Source: an uncultured Alphaproteobacteria bacterium (GTDB lineage Bacteria > Pseudomonadota > Alphaproteobacteria > Rhizobiales > Xanthobacteraceae). Taken from it: a stretch of DNA of 64,000 bases. The DNA lies in the NCBI GenBank assembly GCA_963712435.1, contig CAVQIB010000007.1:866-64865 (forward strand), given 5' to 3'. The notes under the pieces are model-generated. The model searched no databases and had not been told where the DNA came from. It worked only from the letters and a program-made list of their open reading frames with translations. This document shows positions 21,797 to 33,929 of this stretch, piece after piece. Every line of letters starts with the position of its first letter. The stretch's first letter is position 1. A program made the position numbers and the translations under genes.

Positions 21797-23362
21797 TCAG
21801 GCGCTGGTCTTGGATTCGGCTTCCAATTCGACGCTCGCATCCTCGGGTTCGGTCAGCGCCGTTATGGCGGGGCCGTTGAGGACCTCGCCGTCAATCGCGA
21901 ATTGCGAGCCATGACAGGTGCAGTCCCAGCAGCGCTCGAACGAATTCCACGACAGGAGACAGCCCAGATGGGTGCATGCCGCCGAGCGCACGAACAAGTC
22001 GCCATCATCGTCGCGGTAAACCGCGAGCTTTTTCAGCCCGTCGCGGATGATCGCGCCCTGCCCCGGAGCGAGCTCGTCGGCCGAGCCGACCTCGCCGGGC
22101 ATGAGATAGCCGGCCAGGTTCTCGACGATCGACACGTTCTCCTTGATATATTCGAGCGGGGAGAGCGCCGCGCTGCGCCCGGGATCGTAAAGCGCCGCCC
22201 AGCGGTTCTCGCGCCCGAGCACGAGATCGCGGATGAGCATGCCGGCGACGACGCCGGTGGTGAGGCCCTGCCCGGAATCGCCGGTCACGAGGTAGATGTT
22301 CTGGTTGCCGGGATTGCGGCCGATGAAGCCGACGCCGTCCATCGGCTCGAGCACCTGACCCGACCAGCGGTGCGACACCGTGGAGAATGCGGGGAAATAC
22401 CGGCGCGTCCACGCCTCCAGGCGAGCGAAGCGCTCCTCGCCGTCGTCGGCCTCGCCGGTCTTGTGATCTTCGCCGCCGACGATCAGCACGTCCTCGGCGT
22501 GCGCTCTGTCCGGCTGGAGGCGGACATAGTGGTACGGATCGGCCGTGTCCCAGAACAGCGCATCGGGCGCGGCTCCCTTTCCGACCGGGCCGGCGATCGC
22601 GTAGGTCCGGTAAGGCGCCTGCTTGGAGTGCAGCGCGACGCGGTTATTGATCGGTGAATTGGTCGCGACGACCGCCACGCGCGCCCGCACCGACGGGCCA
22701 TGCTCGGTCTTCGCGATGACGCCGCCCTCGGTCTCCTCGACGGAAACGACCGGGCTGTCGCCGAACACCTTGCCGTCCCACCGTCCGATCGCAGCGAGCA
22801 GGCCATTGAGGTATTTCAGCGGATGCACGCGCGCCTGCCGTGGGAAACAGAGACCCGGACCCGCCTGCGTCGCGCCGAACGACACGCTGTCCCGCCACTG
22901 CACGTCCATCCCGACATTGCGTGCGGCCTCGAGTTCGCCCTCGAGCATCGCGCGGTCGCCGTCCTGCGCGAGGAACAGATACCCGTCGACGCGCGCGAAG
23001 TCGCAGTCGATGCGCTCGGCGCCCGAGACCTGCTCGATCCGACTGACGGCGCAGGCCTGGCTGTCGAACCAAAACCGCGCAGACTCAAGACCGCGTTTAC
23101 GGATCAGATCTTGGAAAGAGTCGTCGGTAGTCGATGCGAGATGGGCCGTCGTCCGGCAGGTCATACCGCCGCCGATCTGCCCGCGGTCCAGCACCACGAC
23201 GGACTGCCCGGCCGCGGCGAGTTCGTAGGCGACCGAAAGTCCTGCTATCCCGCCGCCGATCACCACTGCGTCGGCGGTTTCATCGGTGGCGAGCCTGCCG
23301 GCATGCACGAGGCTCACCGTTTCGAGCCAATAGGGTCTGCTGCGCTCCTGGACGGAATTCAC
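21797..23362 (-). CDS. FAD-dependent oxidoreductase with C-terminal Rieske domain (YhfW-like)
   Basis: VIGGGIAGLS..GGGMTCRTTAHL; CTHLGC..WDCTCHGSQF. Confidence 0.92.
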   Translation of the reverse strand: MNSVQERSRPYWLETVSLVHAGRLATDETADAVVIGGGIAGLSVAYELAAAGQSVVVLDRGQIGGGMTCRTTAHLASTTDDSFQDLIRKRGLESARFWFDSQACAVSRIEQVSGAERIDCDFARVDGYLFLAQDGDRAMLEGELEAARNVGMDVQWRDSVSFGATQAGPGLCFPRQARVHPLKYLNGLLAAIGRWDGKVFGDSPVVSVEETEGGVIAKTEHGPSVRARVAVVATNSPINNRVALHSKQAPYRTYAIAGPVGKGAAPDALFWDTADPYHYVRLQPDRAHAEDVLIVGGEDHKTGEADDGEERFARLEAWTRRYFPAFSTVSHRWSGQVLEPMDGVGFIGRNPGNQNIYLVTGDSGQGLTTGVVAGMLIRDLVLGRENRWAALYDPGRSAALSPLEYIKENVSIVENLAGYLMPGEVGSADELAPGQGAIIRDGLKKLAVYRDDDGDLFVRSAACTHLGCLLSWNSFERCWDCTCHGSQFAIDGEVLNGPAITALTEPEDASVELEAESKTSA

Positions 23363-23530
23363 GACGCTGCCCTTTCCGTTCGACGGTTCGGAAGGGCAAC
23401 GTGAGCGCGGATTGCTGGTTCCTGGGCGGGCCGAAAAGCCTTGTGCCGCGGGCTCCGCTTCGGCGCAGCGCCGCCACGTTTGCGGGACAAGCGCCGGTGC
23501 TGGTGGGAGCGAAGCGTCAGGGCCGCGACA

Positions 23531-25126
<1,596 letters not shown>

Positions 25127-25203
25127 TTATCACGCCCGCGGGCGATTGCATAGCTTATAGCGCCGCACCGCAGGCGGAACCGGGCGTGGCGCGTCAAGAG
25201 CCG

Positions 25204-25452
25204 CTAGTTCCTCCACGCCGCCGGCGGCCCGTGCCGCTCGATCGCCTCGACGATCTCCCGGTGACGCCTCTGATCGCGCTTCATGGCGACCGCGATGATC
25301 GCGTGCAGCGACGGCAACACCCACAGCGGCTGGAAGATGAGCCCCAGAACGAGGCAGATCACCAGCAGAACGAAATTGAACAGCGCCGAAAAGGGCTGCC
25401 CGTTCAACAGGAGCCCGACGGGAGGCAGCAGCGCCGCAACAATGTAAATCAT
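25204..25452 (-). CDS. Small YqaE/Pmp3-like membrane protein
   Basis: MIYIVAALLPPVGLLLNGQPFSALFN; two hydrophobic segments. Confidence 0.7.
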   Translation of the reverse strand: MIYIVAALLPPVGLLLNGQPFSALFNFVLLVICLVLGLIFQPLWVLPSLHAIIAVAMKRDQRRHREIVEAIERHGPPAAWRN

Positions 25453-25603
25453 GGGTGAACTCCGGTCCGCGTCCGGCCGCGTGCGCCTTATGTAGGGGGT
25501 CCGGGCTTGCGCGCAATGCGCTCGCTTTGTTGTCCGCCCGCGAGCCGCCGCCTACTGTTCGCGTCCCTTTCTCCGGTCCTTGGCCCACCCCGAACCTCCG
25601 CCG

Positions 25604-27034
25604 ATGCCCCTGCCCCGCGAACGCCTCGTGCCGCTGATCGTCGCGGTCGCCCTGTTCATGGAGAACATGGACTCCACGGTGATCGCCACGGCCTTGCCGG
25701 CCATCGCCGCCGATATCGGCACGAGCCCGCTCGCCTTGAAGCTCGCGATCACCTCGTATCTGCTTGCGCTCGCAGTCTTCATCCCGATCAGCGGCTGGAT
25801 GGCGGACCGTTTCGGGGCGCGCACCATTTTCCGCACGGCGATCGTGGTGTTCGTGCTGGGCTCGGTCGGCTGCGCCTTTTCCGGCGAGTTGTGGCATTTC
25901 GTGCTGGCGCGCTTTTTTCAGGGCATGGGCGGGGCGATGATGACGCCCGTCGGCCGCCTGGTGCTCCTGCGCACGGTCGAGAAGAGCAAGCTCGTCGACG
26001 CCATGGCCTTGGTGACGATGCCGGCGCTGATCGGTCCGCTGCTCGGTCCGCCGCTCGGCGGCTTCATCACGACCTATGCATCCTGGCACTGGATCTTCAT
26101 CATCAATGTGCCGATCGGCGTCCTCGGCTTCTTCCTGGTGACTTGGTTTGTGGAGAATGTCCGCTCCGAGACGCCGGACCCGTTCGACTTCATCGGCATG
26201 GCGCTGGTCGGCTTGGCCGTCACCGGGCTCGCCTTTGGTTCGAGCGTGGCCGGTCTCGGATTCCTCCCGCGCAGCCTGGTGGCCGTGCTCCTCCTGGTCG
26301 GCGCGGCGGCGGCGGCCGCCTATGTCGCCTATGCCCGGCGCACGCCGACCGCGGTGCTCGACCTGTCCTTGTTTCGGCTGCCGAGTTTCCGCGCGGGCGT
26401 TGCCGGCGGGTTCCTTTTCCGCATCGGCGTGGGCGCGCTGCCGTTTCTGATGCCGCTCCTGTTGCAGATCGGCCTCGGCATGTCGCCGTTCGAATCGGGA
26501 CTGATCACCCTTTCGGCGGCGGTCGGCGCGATCACGATGAAGGCGGGGGCCGCCCGCATCCTGCGGCGGTACGGCTTCCGGCGCACCCTGACCGTAAACG
26601 CCCTGCTCGCCGCCGCCTCGCTTGGCGCGTGCGCGGCGTTCGGTCCGGGGACGCCGATCTGGGTAATGGTGGCCGTGCTGCTGATCGGCGGTTTCTTCCG
26701 CTCCCTGCAATTCACCAGCGTGAACACCATCGCCTTCGCCGACGTCGAGCCGCGCCGCATGAGCCGCGCCACCTCGCTCGTGAGCGTCGCCCAGCAGCTT
26801 TCGATCTCGACCGGAGTCGCCGTCGGGGCGCTGATCGTCGAAACCGTGCTGCGCCTGGAGCAGCACCCGACGCTGTCGGCGTCCGATTTCCCGCCCGCCT
26901 TCGCGATCATCGCCTGCATCTCGGCCGCCTCGGCCCTGCTGTTCGCGCGCCTGCCGGCCGATGCGGGCGCGGAACTCGCGGCCGGCAAGCCGGCGGCGGG
27001 CGGCCAAGCCAAGTCCGGCCCGCCGGCCGATTAA
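25604..27034 (+). CDS. MFS DHA2 (EmrB/QacA-like) transporter
   Basis: [35 protein letters not shown]; about 14 TM segments. Confidence 0.93.
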   Translation: MPLPRERLVPLIVAVALFMENMDSTVIATALPAIAADIGTSPLALKLAITSYLLALAVFIPISGWMADRFGARTIFRTAIVVFVLGSVGCAFSGELWHFVLARFFQGMGGAMMTPVGRLVLLRTVEKSKLVDAMALVTMPALIGPLLGPPLGGFITTYASWHWIFIINVPIGVLGFFLVTWFVENVRSETPDPFDFIGMALVGLAVTGLAFGSSVAGLGFLPRSLVAVLLLVGAAAAAAYVAYARRTPTAVLDLSLFRLPSFRAGVAGGFLFRIGVGALPFLMPLLLQIGLGMSPFESGLITLSAAVGAITMKAGAARILRRYGFRRTLTVNALLAAASLGACAAFGPGTPIWVMVAVLLIGGFFRSLQFTSVNTIAFADVEPRRMSRATSLVSVAQQLSISTGVAVGALIVETVLRLEQHPTLSASDFPPAFAIIACISAASALLFARLPADAGAELAAGKPAAGGQAKSGPPAD

Positions 27035-27714
27035 CGCGAGGGGTGACGAAAGCCCAACGCGAGGAGATATAATTCAGCCGAATCAGAGCGGCTTGCCTGA
27101 GGCTTTACATGCTTCACGTTAGCGAAATCGCGCTTCAGCGCGGCGAGCAGCGCCGCTTCCGTGCCCCCGCGCAGGACCTTGCACAGGAAGCCGCCGCCCG
27201 GCTTGAGCACCTCGCGCGCGAACATCGCCGCCGCCTCGGCGAGCGCCATGATCTTCAAGTGATCCGTCTGCCGATGGCCGGTCGCGTTCGCCGCCATGTC
27301 CGAGAGCACGATATCGGCCTCCCCGCCCAGCATCGCCTTCAGCCGGTCGGGCGCGTCCGGATCGAGGAAGTCGAGCCGGAGAAAATCGACGCCCGGGATC
27401 GGCGGCATGTCGAGGAGGTCGATGGCGACGACGCGTCCCCCGCCCTCGCCGGCGCCGACCCGCTTGGCGGCGACCTGGCTCCAGCCGCCCGGCGCCGCGC
27501 CGAGATCGACCACCTGCGCGCCCGGCTTCAGCAGGCGGTGCTTGTCGTCGATCTCGACGAGCTTGTAGGCCGCGCGGGAACGCAAGCCTTCGCGCCTGGC
27601 GCGCGCCACATAGGGATCGTTGAGCTGGCGTTCGAGCCATCGTTTTTGGGCGGGGGTTCGCCCGCCGCCGCTCTTGACGCGAGTTTTGAGGGGAAGATTG
27701 CGGCCAGGTCTCAT
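27031..27714 (-). CDS. rlmE: 23S rRNA Um2552 methyltransferase
   Basis: [45 protein letters not shown]. Confidence 0.96.
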   Translation of the reverse strand: MRPGRNLPLKTRVKSGGGRTPAQKRWLERQLNDPYVARARREGLRSRAAYKLVEIDDKHRLLKPGAQVVDLGAAPGGWSQVAAKRVGAGEGGGRVVAIDLLDMPPIPGVDFLRLDFLDPDAPDRLKAMLGGEADIVLSDMAANATGHRQTDHLKIMALAEAAAMFAREVLKPGGGFLCKVLRGGTEAALLAALKRDFANVKHVKPQASRSDSAELYLLALGFRHPSR

Positions 27715-28917
27715 CGATCAGCGCGACCCCATCCATGGCCGCCGGGCCGTATGACGAATGTGCAGAATCTCCAGGTCATCGCCGCGCACGCGATAGAAAA
27801 TCTATGCGGCGCCGCATTTTCCCACACCCCGTCGGCCCGCATCAGCTTGACCAGCATGCCCTCGCGCAGGCCGCGATCGGCGACCCGCAGCCGCGGGACC
27901 GGGAAGGCGCGCCGGATCGCCTCCAGGATGGCGCAGCCGGTCAGCACAAGATCGGCGCGCTCGATCCCGATGCAGGGATTGGCGGCCCGGTCCTGGTAGC
28001 TCATCGCCATCAGCCGATCGATCACCGCCGGTGATCTCCTCGGCGCGCAGCCAGCAACCGTCGACCCGGCGGCGGTCGTAGCGCATCAGATTGAGAAAAA
28101 CGCCGGCGATGGTGGTCACGGTTCCCGACGTCCCGAGCATATGGATATCGGCGAGGTCGCCGCCATAGCGGGCGGTGAAACCGGCGAGTTCGGCCTCGAC
28201 CGCCTCCACCATGGCCGCAAAGGCCCTGGGCGTGACGGTGACGCCGCCGAACCGCTCGGCCAGCGTCACCACCCCGAGCGGCAAGGAAATCCACGCCTCG
28301 ATCAATGGCTTGGGCGGACCGCTGCAAGACGAATCGGAACGCCCGAGGCGGACCAGTTCGGACGATCCGCCGCCGATGTCGAACAGAATCGCCCCGCGCG
28401 ATTGCGGGTCCATCAGCGGCGTGCAGCCGGTCGCGGCAAGCTCGGCTTCGGTCTCGTGACTTACGATCTCGAGTTCGAGACCGAGCTCCTCGCTCACCCG
28501 GTCGCGGAATTCGGCGCCGTTTTCGGCGCTGCGACAGGCTTCGGTGGCGATCAGGCGGGCGCGGCCGACGCCGCGCGCGAGCATCTTGGTGCGGCAGATG
28601 GCGAGCGCATCGATCGCCCGGTCGATCGCCGCCTCGCTGATGCGGTGCGTGATCGAAACGCCCTCGCCGAGCCGGATGATGCGCGAGAAGGCGTCGACGA
28701 CGCGGAACCCGTTTCCGGTGGGGCGGGCGACGAGGAGCCTGCAATTGTTGGTGCCGAGATCGAGCGCGGCGTAAGTCGGCAAGCGATCCTTGGCCGGCCG
28801 GCGCCGTTCGGACATCGGCTTGGGAGCGACGTCCGCCCGCCCTTCCAGCACGGACGCGAGCTTTGCCCCGTCACCCGCAGGGTCGCACAGGCCGGTAGCC
28901 CGGACCCCGTGGTCCAT
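27711..28917 (-). CDS. ppx: Ppx/GppA-family exopolyphosphatase (frameshift near 28030)
   Basis: [28 protein letters not shown]; VADRGLREG in the second frame. Confidence 0.9.
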
Positions 28918-29217
28918 CGATTGCCTTTCCTGGCCGGAGACCTGGCTCGCGGACGCGGCCGCATTGTCTCCATCATAGCAATAAAATTAGTCTAACAGCG
29001 CCAAGAGCGGGGACGCAATACGAGCGATGCCATATGCTTGATGCTTGGCCGCCGCCTGAACGCCCGCCTGCCGCCCGGCAATCGCGACCATCCCGATCGA
29101 CGGCGGCTGTCGCGGAAAGTTCCGCCCCGACGCTTCCTTCCGCGACCGGGAACCATCATATGCGGTGCCGTGTTCAAGCGGACGGTCCAAGCTTCCTCCC
29201 ATGATTGAAAGCCGACA

Positions 29218-30480
29218 ATGACTGCGGCGCCCGATCTTCCGCTGACGACGGAGCACGCGAACGATACGCGAACGATCGCGTCGGTCAGCGCCGCGCATTT
29301 CGTCTCCCATGTCTACATCCTGCTGCTGCCGCCACTGTTCGAGATCATCCGCGCCGATTACCAGGTGAGCTACACCGAGCTCGGCCTGGCGCTCGTCGCC
29401 TTCAACGCGCTGACCGCGATCTTCCAGACGCCGGCCGGCTTCCTGGTCGATCGCGTCGGCGCGCGCATCGTGCTGATCTGCGGCCTGCTTCTGGGCTCGG
29501 TCGCCGTCGTGGTCGCGGGCGTCGTCGCCTCCTTCTGGGTGTTCGTCGCGATGTTCGCGCTGGCCGGGCTCGGCAACGCCGTCTATCACCCCGCCGATTA
29601 TGCGATGCTGTCCCACCGCGTCGCGAGCGAGCGCATGGGGCGGGCCTTCTCCATTCACACCTTTTCCGGGATGCTGGGCGGCGCGGTCGCCCCCGGCCTC
29701 CTCCTCTTTCTTTACGGCTATGTCGGCTGGCGCGGAGCCTTTGTGGCGACCGCCCTGCTCGGCCTCGCCGTCGCGGGCGTGCTCGCGCTGCAACGCGACG
29801 AGCCGAGCGGCGACCAGCATCACGATCCCGCCCTCGCCCCGGCCGCAAACGGGCAGACCTCGCTCGGGCTCCTGCTGTCGCCGGTGATCCTGCTCAATTT
29901 CGTGTTCTTCGCGCTGTTCGCCTTCACCAATGGCGGCCTGATCACCTATTCGGTCGTCGCGCTCACCGCCGCGCACGACATCCCCTTCGCGGTCGGCAGC
30001 CTGGCGCTGTCCGGGTTTCTGCTCCTGAACGCGGCCGGCGTGCTGCTCGGCGGCCTGCTGCTGGGCCGCGTCAGCCCGCTCCTCGTGACGGTCGCGAGCA
30101 TGCTCGCCTTCGCCGTGCTGGCGGTCGTGCTCGGCCTGTTCAGTCTCGGGCCGGCCGCAACCGTGATCGCCATGAGCCTCGCCGGGCTTGCCGGCGGCGT
30201 GGCGATGCCCTCGCGCGACATGATGGTCCGGGCGGTGACGCCGCCCGGCTCGTTCGGCAAGGTGTTCGGCTTCGTCACCACCGGCTTCAATTTCGCCGGC
30301 GTGCTCGTGCCGCTTGTGTTTCGGACCGCTGATGGACCGCGGGCATCCGGTCGCGGTGTTCATGGTCATTGCCGCGACGGCGGTCCTCGCGGTCGCGGTC
30401 GTGTCCGGCGCGCGGGGCAGACGCTCAGCCGCAGCCGCCGCGCCGATGTGATCCGCCGCCGGTCCTGTCGCGTTGATTAG
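29218..30480 (+). CDS. MFS transporter, FsR-like (C-terminal frameshift)
   Basis: AHFVSH..LLPPLF, GFLVDRVGAR, LGNAVYHPAD. Confidence 0.88.
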   Translation: MTAAPDLPLTTEHANDTRTIASVSAAHFVSHVYILLLPPLFEIIRADYQVSYTELGLALVAFNALTAIFQTPAGFLVDRVGARIVLICGLLLGSVAVVVAGVVASFWVFVAMFALAGLGNAVYHPADYAMLSHRVASERMGRAFSIHTFSGMLGGAVAPGLLLFLYGYVGWRGAFVATALLGLAVAGVLALQRDEPSGDQHHDPALAPAANGQTSLGLLLSPVILLNFVFFALFAFTNGGLITYSVVALTAAHDIPFAVGSLALSGFLLLNAAGVLLGGLLLGRVSPLLVTVASMLAFAVLAVVLGLFSLGPAATVIAMSLAGLAGGVAMPSRDMMVRAVTPPGSFGKVFGFVTTGFNFAGVLVPLVFRTADGPRASGRGVHGHCRDGGPRGRGRVRRAGQTLSRSRRADVIRRRSCRVD

Positions 30481-30605
30481 CCGTGCGCAAAGCATCCGGG
30501 ACGGCGCAACCCCGCCCGGTTGGCAGGCGGGGGCTACTCGGCTAGCTTGTGTCGATCTTGCGGCGCCCGAAGCGGATCGGGCGATCGGACAATGGAGGCA
30601 GACCA

Positions 30606-31211
30606 ATGCAATCCGTCACAGCTCCCCTTGTGGGGCCTTCGCACCTGCATGCGCTGGCGAAGAACTGGTGGCTCGTCCTGCTGCGCGGGATCGTGTCGAT
30701 CCTGTTCGGCGTCGTCGCCTTTGTGTGGCCCGGACTGACGCTCGTGACGCTCGTCCTGTTCTACGGCGCCTTCGCCCTGGTCGACGGCGTGATCGCCCTG
30801 GCGTCGGCCTTCGGCAAGGACCGGCCCGCCCCGACCTGGTGGCTGATCCTGGTCGGCGTCGCCGGCATCGGCGCGGGCGTCATCACGTTCCTGTGGCCGG
30901 GCGTGACCGCGATCGTGCTGGTGATCTTCATCGGGGCCTGGGCGCTCGTGCACGGCATTTTCGAGATCATCGGCGCGATCAAGCTGCGCAAGGAGATCGA
31001 CAACGAATGGTGGCTGATCCTCGCCGGCATCATCTCGGTGCTGTTCGGCCTGCTGGTGCTGATCGCCCCCGGACCCGGCGCGCTCGGCCTGGTCTGGGCG
31101 ATCGCCGCCTATTCGATCGCCTTCGGCGTCCTGCTGGTCGGCCTGTCCTTCCGGCTGCGCAAGCATGCGCATGCGGCGGTCACGCCGCAGGTCGAGCGCC
31201 CGGCGGCGTGA
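30606..31211 (+). CDS. HdeD/DUF308-family membrane protein
   Basis: NWWLVLLRGIVSILFG..WPGLTLVTLVLFYGAFALVDG; GGAGG RBS upstream. Confidence 0.9.
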   Translation: MQSVTAPLVGPSHLHALAKNWWLVLLRGIVSILFGVVAFVWPGLTLVTLVLFYGAFALVDGVIALASAFGKDRPAPTWWLILVGVAGIGAGVITFLWPGVTAIVLVIFIGAWALVHGIFEIIGAIKLRKEIDNEWWLILAGIISVLFGLLVLIAPGPGALGLVWAIAAYSIAFGVLLVGLSFRLRKHAHAAVTPQVERPAA

Positions 31212-31546
31212 CCGCCGGCGGCCGCCTGGTCCATCGCCTGCGCGGCGCGCGTCCCCGCCTGTCGTTAAGCGGCGGAGATCGGCTGGTCTGCCGGCAGGCC
31301 GGCCGTCGGCCGCTCAGCGCCTCAGACGGCAGGAGTGAGGACACGCGCGCGTTTTTTCCGTTGTGCCGGCCGCCCGTCCGCCCTATGTGACGGGCGGGCG
31401 TGCGTCGGGCGACCGGCAGATGGCGGTCGGCAGTTGCCCGGCCGGATGCTCTGCCGGCCGGATGCTGCCCGGACAACGTTTCGCCACTGCCGGCCCTTCG
31501 ACGGCGGCCAGCGGAGCGGACGCGCATGGAAAGCGGCGAATGCGTT

Positions 31547-31620
31547 TGGGGGATAGTTTAACGGTAGAACAGCGGACTCTGACTCCGTTAGTCGAGGTTC
31601 GAATCCTCGTCCCCCAGCCA
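31547..31620 (+). tRNA. tRNA-Gln (CTG)
   Basis: TGGGGGA acceptor stem pairs with TCCCCCA-GCCA; anticodon loop CT-CTG-AC; GGTTCGAATCC T-arm; encoded CCA. Confidence 0.97.
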
Positions 31621-31853
31621 CCATCCGACGCGCGCATTTGCTCGCAACCGATCCTGCTCCTGAGCGTGGACGGCGCAAACGTGTGCCACTGACGCTCAGG
31701 CGTTCCGGACCAGCGCTTCCCTTTCATCCGAACGTTGATTGATACGCGCGGGGCCGGGGCCACGAGCCGGCGCCGACCGCCGGTCGGCGCCTCGGAGCGC
31801 GCGCACAGGCCTTCAACCCTGGACGCGATCGAGAACCTCCGTTTGCGCGGCGA

Positions 31854-32143
31854 TCACCAATGGCGACGGTAATGACGTCGGGGCCCATAATAATATCTGG
31901 ACCAACGACGACGGGCGGAACGACCATCACACGCGGCGCGACCACAACGGGCCCGCTGCAGACCATCCGCCCCCAACGACGCGACCACCAGCAAGCGATT
32001 TTTTCCGCCGCGTTGCTCGGGCCGGCCGCCGCAAGAACCCCTGCTACGTAAGTACCCGACATCGCATTGGCGTCGCTCGTTACAAGCGATGACGCCGAAA
32101 CGACCGCAATTGCAGAACCGACAGCGACGAATAATTTACGCAT
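31854..32143 (-). CDS. Small secreted hypothetical protein (probable frameshift near the 3' end)
   Basis: AAGGAG RBS; signal peptide MRKLFVAVGSAIAVVSASSL..ANA; CWWSRRWGRMVC motif followed by a Pro/Val-rich tail. Confidence 0.55.
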
Positions 32144-32326
32144 GACACATCTCCTTTTCGATCAAACAGCGTCACGCATAGCCCCTTCCCGATGGCGACG
32201 GGTGCGGTTTTTCCGCTTATCCGCCATGCATGCGGGGCGCACCCGCCGACCCAGCAATCATGCGCCTTGCGCCGGCATCAGCGATCTCCATCCGTTGCCG
32301 CATCACGGCCGCCGGCTGAACTTAAC

Positions 32327-32356
32327 AAAAAGAGGCCCCGGATCACCGGGGCCTCT
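32327..32356 (-). terminator. Rho-independent terminator
   Basis: AGAGGCCCCGG-ATCA-CCGGGGCCTCT hairpin followed by a T-run on the minus strand. Confidence 0.8.
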
Positions 32357-32409
32357 CATTTCCATACGGACGCTGTCTCGCGTTACCCATCAGCGCCCGT
32401 CGGCGCGGA

Positions 32410-32550
32410 TCACCTCCGCGACTGAGGCCTGGGCGAAGCCGCCTCGCGCGGTTCGGCCGACGCCCGGCTAAGGCCCGACAGCGCGAGGATCGCGACCGCC
32501 GGAGCGATGATGATCCATAGTGGAAGCCACATACCTGAACTGCCAAACAT
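32410..32550 (-). CDS. 46-aa single-TM small protein (not in the ORF track)
   Basis: GGAG RBS; MFGSSGMWLPLWIIIAPAVAILALSGLSRASAEPREAASPRPQSRR*; terminator immediately downstream. Confidence 0.65.
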   Translation of the reverse strand: MFGSSGMWLPLWIIIAPAVAILALSGLSRASAEPREAASPRPQSRR

Positions 32551-32734
32551 TGCTTGTTCTCCGTTGGTTCGTTCCTTCGGACAACAGCAGCGGCATAGGG
32601 TCGTTCCGCCGAACGGGGTAAGGCCGCCCTGCCGCGGCCTGATGCCTCACCGTGAATAGCCGGACCGCCGCGACGCGGTCACGGTGCGATTGAAGCGCCT
32701 GCGCCCGCGCGAGCCTTGAGCGCGGGCTGCGCCC

Positions 32735-33688
32735 TCACACCGGCGGGGTGCCGTAGGTGTGGAACGACTCGACCGTCTTCAGCCCCCAGGCCTGGCCCTT
32801 CCGGCGTTCGGCTTCGCTCCACACGATCGGCTTCCAGTCGGGGGCGAGGATGAGCCGCGCGCCGGCATTGGCGATCTCCACGCGGTTGCCGCCGGGTTCG
32901 TACACATACAGGAAGAAGGTCTGCTGCACGGCGTGCTTGTGCGGCCCGGTTTCGATGTGGACGCCGTTCTCGAGGAAAATGTCGGCGGCGCGCAGCACGT
33001 CCTCGCGGCAGTCCACCGCATAGGTCAGGTGATGGAAGCGCCCGCGCGATCCGGTGCGGTCGAGCGTGTAGGCGAAGTCGTAGCTCTTGTTGGTGGCGGT
33101 CATCCACATGCCCGCTTCGGTCCCGTTGTCGAGCACGATCTGCTCGGTCAGGCGGAAGCCGAGATAGCGTCTCGAAGAATATCCGGTTGGCGCGGATGTC
33201 GGCGGCGAGGCAGTTGAGATGGTCGAGCCGGCGCACGTTGACGCCGCGCGCGGGGAAGCGCTGCGCCTGGTTCTTCAGCGCCGGCGTCTGCTCGGGCGGC
33301 GGCGCGTACCATTCGGTCTCGTAGTAGAGCTCGATGCGATGGCCGTCGGGGTCGCGGCACACGAAGGTCTTGCCGTGGCCGAGATCGCCGTCGCTCCAGC
33401 CCGACGTCGAAGCCGGAGCCGGCGAGCGCCTGCGCGCGCCGCTCAAGCGCCTGCGGGCTGCGGGTGCGGAAGGCCATGTGGCCCATGCCCGACGTGTCGC
33501 GCGGCGGTGAGCTTGAGGCTGTAGCGCTCGTAATCGTCCCAGCCGCGCAGATACACCGAAGCGCCCGCGCGTCCGCTTTCCGTCATGCCCATGACGTCGA
33601 CGAAGAATCGCAGGCTCTCGTCGGGCCGCGGCGTCAGCAGCTCGACGTGGCCGAGATGGGCGATATCGTAGATCGGCTCGTCGCTCAT
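32735..33688 (-). CDS. Catechol 2,3-dioxygenase (extradiol, XylE-like; frameshifted)
   Basis: DIAHLGHVELLTP, RRLDHLN, GRFHHLTY, GPHKHAVQQTFFLYVYEPGGNRVE. Confidence 0.92.
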
Positions 33689-33929
33689 ATCCGCAACGCC
33701 ATATCCGCAACGCCGTCCGGCGCATGGTCTCTCTGTTTCGGCGCAGCGCACCGCAGGCGGCGCGCCGTTTCCAGTCCGACGGTAACGCAAGGCGGCATGG
33801 CCGGCCAGCCGGCTTGCTCCCCCTTCTGCGCCACGGGTAATAACGCCGCAGCTGCGGGCCGCATCCGTGCTTGCGAGCGAACGCCCGCTCGATGATCATG
33901 GCGCACGTCGCGCGTCAGAGGAACTGCGA

